This document shows positions 60,200 through 64,000 of a stretch of DNA of 64,000 nt, piece after piece. The notes under the pieces are model-generated. The model ran no database searches. It had not been told where the DNA came from and saw only the letters and a list, made by a program, of their open reading frames with translations. The stretch is taken from NCBI GenBank assembly GCA_016927685.1, contig JAFGMD010000021.1, forward strand, positions 21,913 to 85,912, read 5' to 3'. The DNA is from Candidatus Falkowbacteria bacterium (GTDB lineage Bacteria > Patescibacteriota > Patescibacteriia > CAIXNZ01). The stretch's first letter is position 1; each line of letters starts with the position of its first letter. Position numbers and translations under genes: made by a program.

Positions 60200-61222
60200 T
60201 TATTTTAGTACCAAGTCTATTTTTTCACTGCATTTTGGGCATTTACCATCTCTATCAAAGCGTTTTATATCATAACCTTTACGCTCAATTACTAATTCGT
60301 TACAATTTGGGCAATAAGTATTCTCCAATTTTTCGCCTAAAACATTACCGCCATAGACATATTTCAAGCCAGCTTCTTTACCTAATTGCACCGCAGTATA
60401 GATTCGCTCCTCCTCTGTGGGGTCAGTATCTTGTAACTTATATTGTGGATAAAAACGAGAGAGATGCCAAGGTACGCATTTGCCCAATTCATTTTTTATA
60501 AACATAGCAATTTGTAAAAGTTCGTCATCGGAATCATTAAATCCTGGAATAACCAAGGTCGTAATTTCCAGCCAAATCTTTTTTTTCTTTAAAACTTTTA
60601 AATTATCCAAAACGGGTTGAAGTTTACAACCGCAAACTTTTAAATAGGTTTCATTTTTAAAAAATTTTAAATCAACATTAATGGCATCCAGATAGGGAAG
60701 TATCTTTGGCCAAGCTTCTTTAGACGTATAACCATTGGAAACCCAAACATTTCTTAATCCTGCTTTTCTAGCCAGCTTCATGCAGTCAATGGCAAACTCG
60801 GCAAAAATTGTTGGCTCAGTATAAGTATAGGCAATTGACTGGCAACCAGATGCTTTTGCCCGCTCAATAACTTGTTCTGGGGTGGTATTATGACCAGGCA
60901 CAACATTTTCTTTAAATTGTTCCTCGATAGGGTATTGGGAAATATCAGCATTTTGGCAATGCATACATCGCAAATTACAGCCCACTGTGGCAATTGAATA
61001 AGTCAAACTTCCGGGCAGAAAGTGGAAAAGCGGTTTTTTCTCAATGGGATCATTATCATTTTCAGAAATCAGTTTACCATAAACCAATGAATGCAATTCG
61101 CCATTTATGTTTTTTCTGACAGCGCAAACACCGACTTTGCCTTCTGAAATTAAGCAGTAGTGATTGCAAAGCTGGCATTGGATTTTATTATCTTTTTTTG
61201 TCCAAAATTGAGCGAGTTTCAT
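60200..61222 (-). CDS. amrS: AmmeMemoRadiSam radical SAM enzyme
   Basis: C.LC...C, DPIEKKPLFHF.PG, GCNLRCMHCQN, YTYTEP. Confidence 0.93.
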   Translation of the reverse strand: MKLAQFWTKKDNKIQCQLCNHYCLISEGKVGVCAVRKNINGELHSLVYGKLISENDNDPIEKKPLFHFLPGSLTYSIATVGCNLRCMHCQNADISQYPIEEQFKENVVPGHNTTPEQVIERAKASGCQSIAYTYTEPTIFAEFAIDCMKLARKAGLRNVWVSNGYTSKEAWPKILPYLDAINVDLKFFKNETYLKVCGCKLQPVLDNLKVLKKKKIWLEITTLVIPGFNDSDDELLQIAMFIKNELGKCVPWHLSRFYPQYKLQDTDPTEEERIYTAVQLGKEAGLKYVYGGNVLGEKLENTYCPNCNELVIERKGYDIKRFDRDGKCPKCSEKIDLVLK

Positions 61223-61321
61223 GCCTTTATTATAACATAAATTGTTTGACTTTTGTGGTAATTTTTGTTAATCTTCTGAATTAGAAAGATGAACCTTAAA
61301 AATTTAAAAAAGGAGGAAATA

Positions 61322-62707
61322 ATGAAGCTATTTGAAATTCTGAAAAATATCAAACATTATATCAGAGTCAAAGAGCCACAACATCGCCTAAGAAAAGGTC
61401 AGCACAACATTTTCATGTCTTTATATGAATTTTTGAAAAAGGGCATGACAATGGGTTATCTTATGCTGCCTAGCGGTGTCGGCAAAACCAATATTGCTAT
61501 TGAATTAGCAATAGCCGGTGACTTTAAAAAGGTATTATTTTTAGTGCCAACTGTCACGCTCGTTGATCAAACCAAGGAGCGATTCAGGAAATTTTCAAGT
61601 TTCACGGTTGATGTATTTACTGGGGCTCGCAAAAATATGTCCGAACAAATTACTGTTGCCACTTATCAATCGATACAAAGGCGGCATTTGCTGCCAGAGA
61701 AATTTGACCTTGTCATCTTTGATGAGGTGCATGAAGCTTTAAGTCCAGGCCGCCAAAACATCAGAAAACATTTTGGGCCAGAGACTATTCAAATCGGTTT
61801 AACTGCCTCTGATACTTATAACGAAACAAAGCAAGTTTCAAGTTATTTTCCGCTTATTGCTAAAATGACAATTGAAGAAGCGATTAAGCTTGGTATGCTT
61901 TGTCATGTTCAAAATTGGCTTGCGCAAACAAATATTGATATTTCGAAAATAACCAGACGTAGAGGTGACTATGATGTAAGGGAGCAGAAGCGCTATATTG
62001 ATGTATCTCGACGCAATAAGGCAGCGCTTGATATTTATAAGCGCTTCTTAAACGGTCAGACATGTTTAATAACATGTATAAATGTTAATCATGCTATAAA
62101 AGTTGCTCGGATATTTCAACGCTCTGGCATACCGAGTAAGGCAGTCTGGGGATCAACCCAAAAACATCTATTATCAAGAGCGGATTTAAGACAGCGATTG
62201 AGCGATTTTAAAACGGGTAAAATCAAAGTATTGACCACAGTCGATCTCGTTGATAAGGGGTTTGATAACACTCTTATCACTGCTTTGATTAATTTGCGTA
62301 TAACCAGTTCTGTTGTTAAGGCAACCCAGCGCGGAGGACGAGTTCTGCGACTTTTTAGTGAGGATGACAGAATACAGCCAATCGCCCAAAAAATGCTAAA
62401 AAAATTTCATGTCAAACTTGCTACTGTCGTTGATTTTCTTGATGAGTGTAAAAATCACACTTTCAGGCCAGTTCTTTTCAGTGATATTTTGGCACAAACC
62501 TACCGTTTACCAACGGAAATAGAACGTTCTATCAGTAATGGAACGCGAAAGGGAGAAGTTGATCTGTGGCCATCAGGTGGCCCAATCAAGATTAAATTAA
62601 TCACAAACGTAACTCAAATAGCCAAAATTACATCTAAATTAACCACTTATGTGAATTTACCAGTATCCGATGAGAGGGAAATTTTTTTCCTCCCAGTAAA
62701 ACGTTAA
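61322..62707 (+). CDS. SF2 DEAD/DEAH-box helicase (ResIII/Irc3-like)
   Basis: LPSGVGKT, LVPT..L..Q, DEVH, GLTAS, GFD, QRGGRVLR. Confidence 0.9.
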   Translation: MKLFEILKNIKHYIRVKEPQHRLRKGQHNIFMSLYEFLKKGMTMGYLMLPSGVGKTNIAIELAIAGDFKKVLFLVPTVTLVDQTKERFRKFSSFTVDVFTGARKNMSEQITVATYQSIQRRHLLPEKFDLVIFDEVHEALSPGRQNIRKHFGPETIQIGLTASDTYNETKQVSSYFPLIAKMTIEEAIKLGMLCHVQNWLAQTNIDISKITRRRGDYDVREQKRYIDVSRRNKAALDIYKRFLNGQTCLITCINVNHAIKVARIFQRSGIPSKAVWGSTQKHLLSRADLRQRLSDFKTGKIKVLTTVDLVDKGFDNTLITALINLRITSSVVKATQRGGRVLRLFSEDDRIQPIAQKMLKKFHVKLATVVDFLDECKNHTFRPVLFSDILAQTYRLPTEIERSISNGTRKGEVDLWPSGGPIKIKLITNVTQIAKITSKLTTYVNLPVSDEREIFFLPVKR

Positions 62708-62817
62708 TTATTTTTAAAACCCGACAATATTATTGCCGGGTTTTTTATTGACTTTTTTTATTATTAATGTTAATCTTCATTGTTGAACTTTGACAAAATA
62801 ATAGAAAGGAGGCAGAA

Positions 62818-64000
62818 ATGAATCTTAATGAATTAGTAAAAAAATACGGCCTCCTTCAAGATGAAGAGGGGCGGTATTATGTGATCGATGAAGGCATTAA
62901 AAAAGAACCATACTGTCCTATTAAATTATTAACTAAAGTTCTAGGGCTGAGTATCAGCGCAATAAAAAAAAGAATTTTAAACTTAACTCCGTTCGCTGGT
63001 AGAATTTACAAGGGACGCGCTACAAATTTTTTTAATCTTAATGACGTTAAGAAACTATGCTCTGATTTATCGGAAAATAGTGACCTGCTATTAGTGAATG
63101 AAGGTGATTGGATATTGAAAGGTGGCAAAAAATATGCATCTATCCGCGTGATATCAAAGAAAATAAGATTATCGCAAACAGCAATAAAATCGCGCATTAA
63201 GAACTTAGAACCGGTTAAAAGCAAAAAACGTGGACATATCATAAATATTTACAGACTTGATCAAGTTAGGCAGGCCTGTTCAGATCTCCTCGATAGAAAT
63301 CTGCTGATAGTAAATAATAATGGTTGGGCAATTAAAAATGGACAGAAATATGCCACCGCCCTTACTATTGCTCAAAAATTAAAAATATCTGACGCTACTG
63401 TAAGAAAATATGCAGAAAATATGCCTAAAGTCAGGGGAAGAGATAAATGTGGACGAGTTGCAGATCTTTTCAATTTTGAAAAAATAAAAGCTGCTTGTGA
63501 TAACTTAATTACTTGTGAGCTTTTAGCCGATAATGACGGCTGGGCTGAAAAAGATGGACAAAAATATGCTCCTATTAGTGTTATTGCTAAAGAATTAGAC
63601 CTTTCTCATGATACAATGAAAAAATATATAAAGAGATTAACTCCTCTTCATGGCCGTCTCCCTAGAAAAATGGTTACTGATTTTTATAACTTTGAGGAGT
63701 CTAAAAAGGCCTGCTCGGATTTTATTAATGAAGACATTCTATTTCTGGACAAAAAAGGCTGGGCAATTAAAAACGGACAGAAATATGCTTCTATAAAAGC
63801 AATTGCAAAGGAATTGGGTCTATCTCATAGTGCAATAGCATTACGTATAAAAAGTTTAACACCTACTAGGGGTATAAATTTAAAGGGTAGGCTTGTGAAA
63901 GTATTCAACTTTAATCAAGTCGAAAATTCTTGTGCCGATCTTCTCGATGCAAACCTGCTAATTACTGATAAACATGGCTGGGCTGAAAAAGATGGACAAA
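62818..64000 (+). CDS. Tandem-repeat protein with 72-73-aa HTH-like units (3'-truncated by window; not in ORF track)
   Basis: AAGGAGG SD, frame open to window end; conserved W codons at 63109, 63325, 63541, 63760, 63979. Confidence 0.9.
   Translation, partial: MNLNELVKKYGLLQDEEGRYYVIDEGIKKEPYCPIKLLTKVLGLSISAIKKRILNLTPFAGRIYKGRATNFFNLNDVKKLCSDLSENSDLLLVNEGDWILKGGKKYASIRVISKKIRLSQTAIKSRIKNLEPVKSKKRGHIINIYRLDQVRQACSDLLDRNLLIVNNNGWAIKNGQKYATALTIAQKLKISDATVRKYAENMPKVRGRDKCGRVADLFNFEKIKAACDNLITCELLADNDGWAEKDGQKYAPISVIAKELDLSHDTMKKYIKRLTPLHGRLPRKMVTDFYNFEESKKACSDFINEDILFLDKKGWAIKNGQKYASIKAIAKELGLSHSAIALRIKSLTPTRGINLKGRLVKVFNFNQVENSCADLLDANLLITDKHGWAEKDGQ

Noticed and set aside
1-64000. CRISPR array or cas genes
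   Set aside because: No regularly spaced 25-45-bp repeats with unique spacers and no Cas motifs seen

Overview
Low-GC bacterial chromosome segment with Patescibacteria/CPR (Parcubacteria-like) traits: RpoA lacks the alpha-CTD, AlaS is short, and core genes have no Shine-Dalgarno (SD). The backbone carries rlmN, dnaG-rpoD, mnmA, alaS, the infA-to-rpsI ribosomal cluster, a flippase/glycosyltransferase/O-antigen-ligase cluster, dinB, fmt-def, priA, AmmeMemoRadiSam genes and clpB with a perfect CIRCE. Main accessory signals: (1) tRNA-Asn is hit twice, by a GIY-YIG/palindrome insertion duplicating its 5' end and by a ~5.9-kb serine-recombinase element whose predicted attP lies inside the recombinase gene, so integration would swap the enzyme's C-terminus. 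(2) About 20 self-contained cassettes (TTGACA promoter, AGGAGG SD, hairpin terminator) are wedged into the SD-less backbone, some in tandem pairs. (3) Several promoter/terminator-bounded units look like highly paired non-coding RNAs of ~270-315 nt. (4) An SF2 helicase is followed by a protein of 72-73-aa HTH-like tandem repeats that runs off the window. All calls come from reading the sequence by eye; no searches or folding programs were run.
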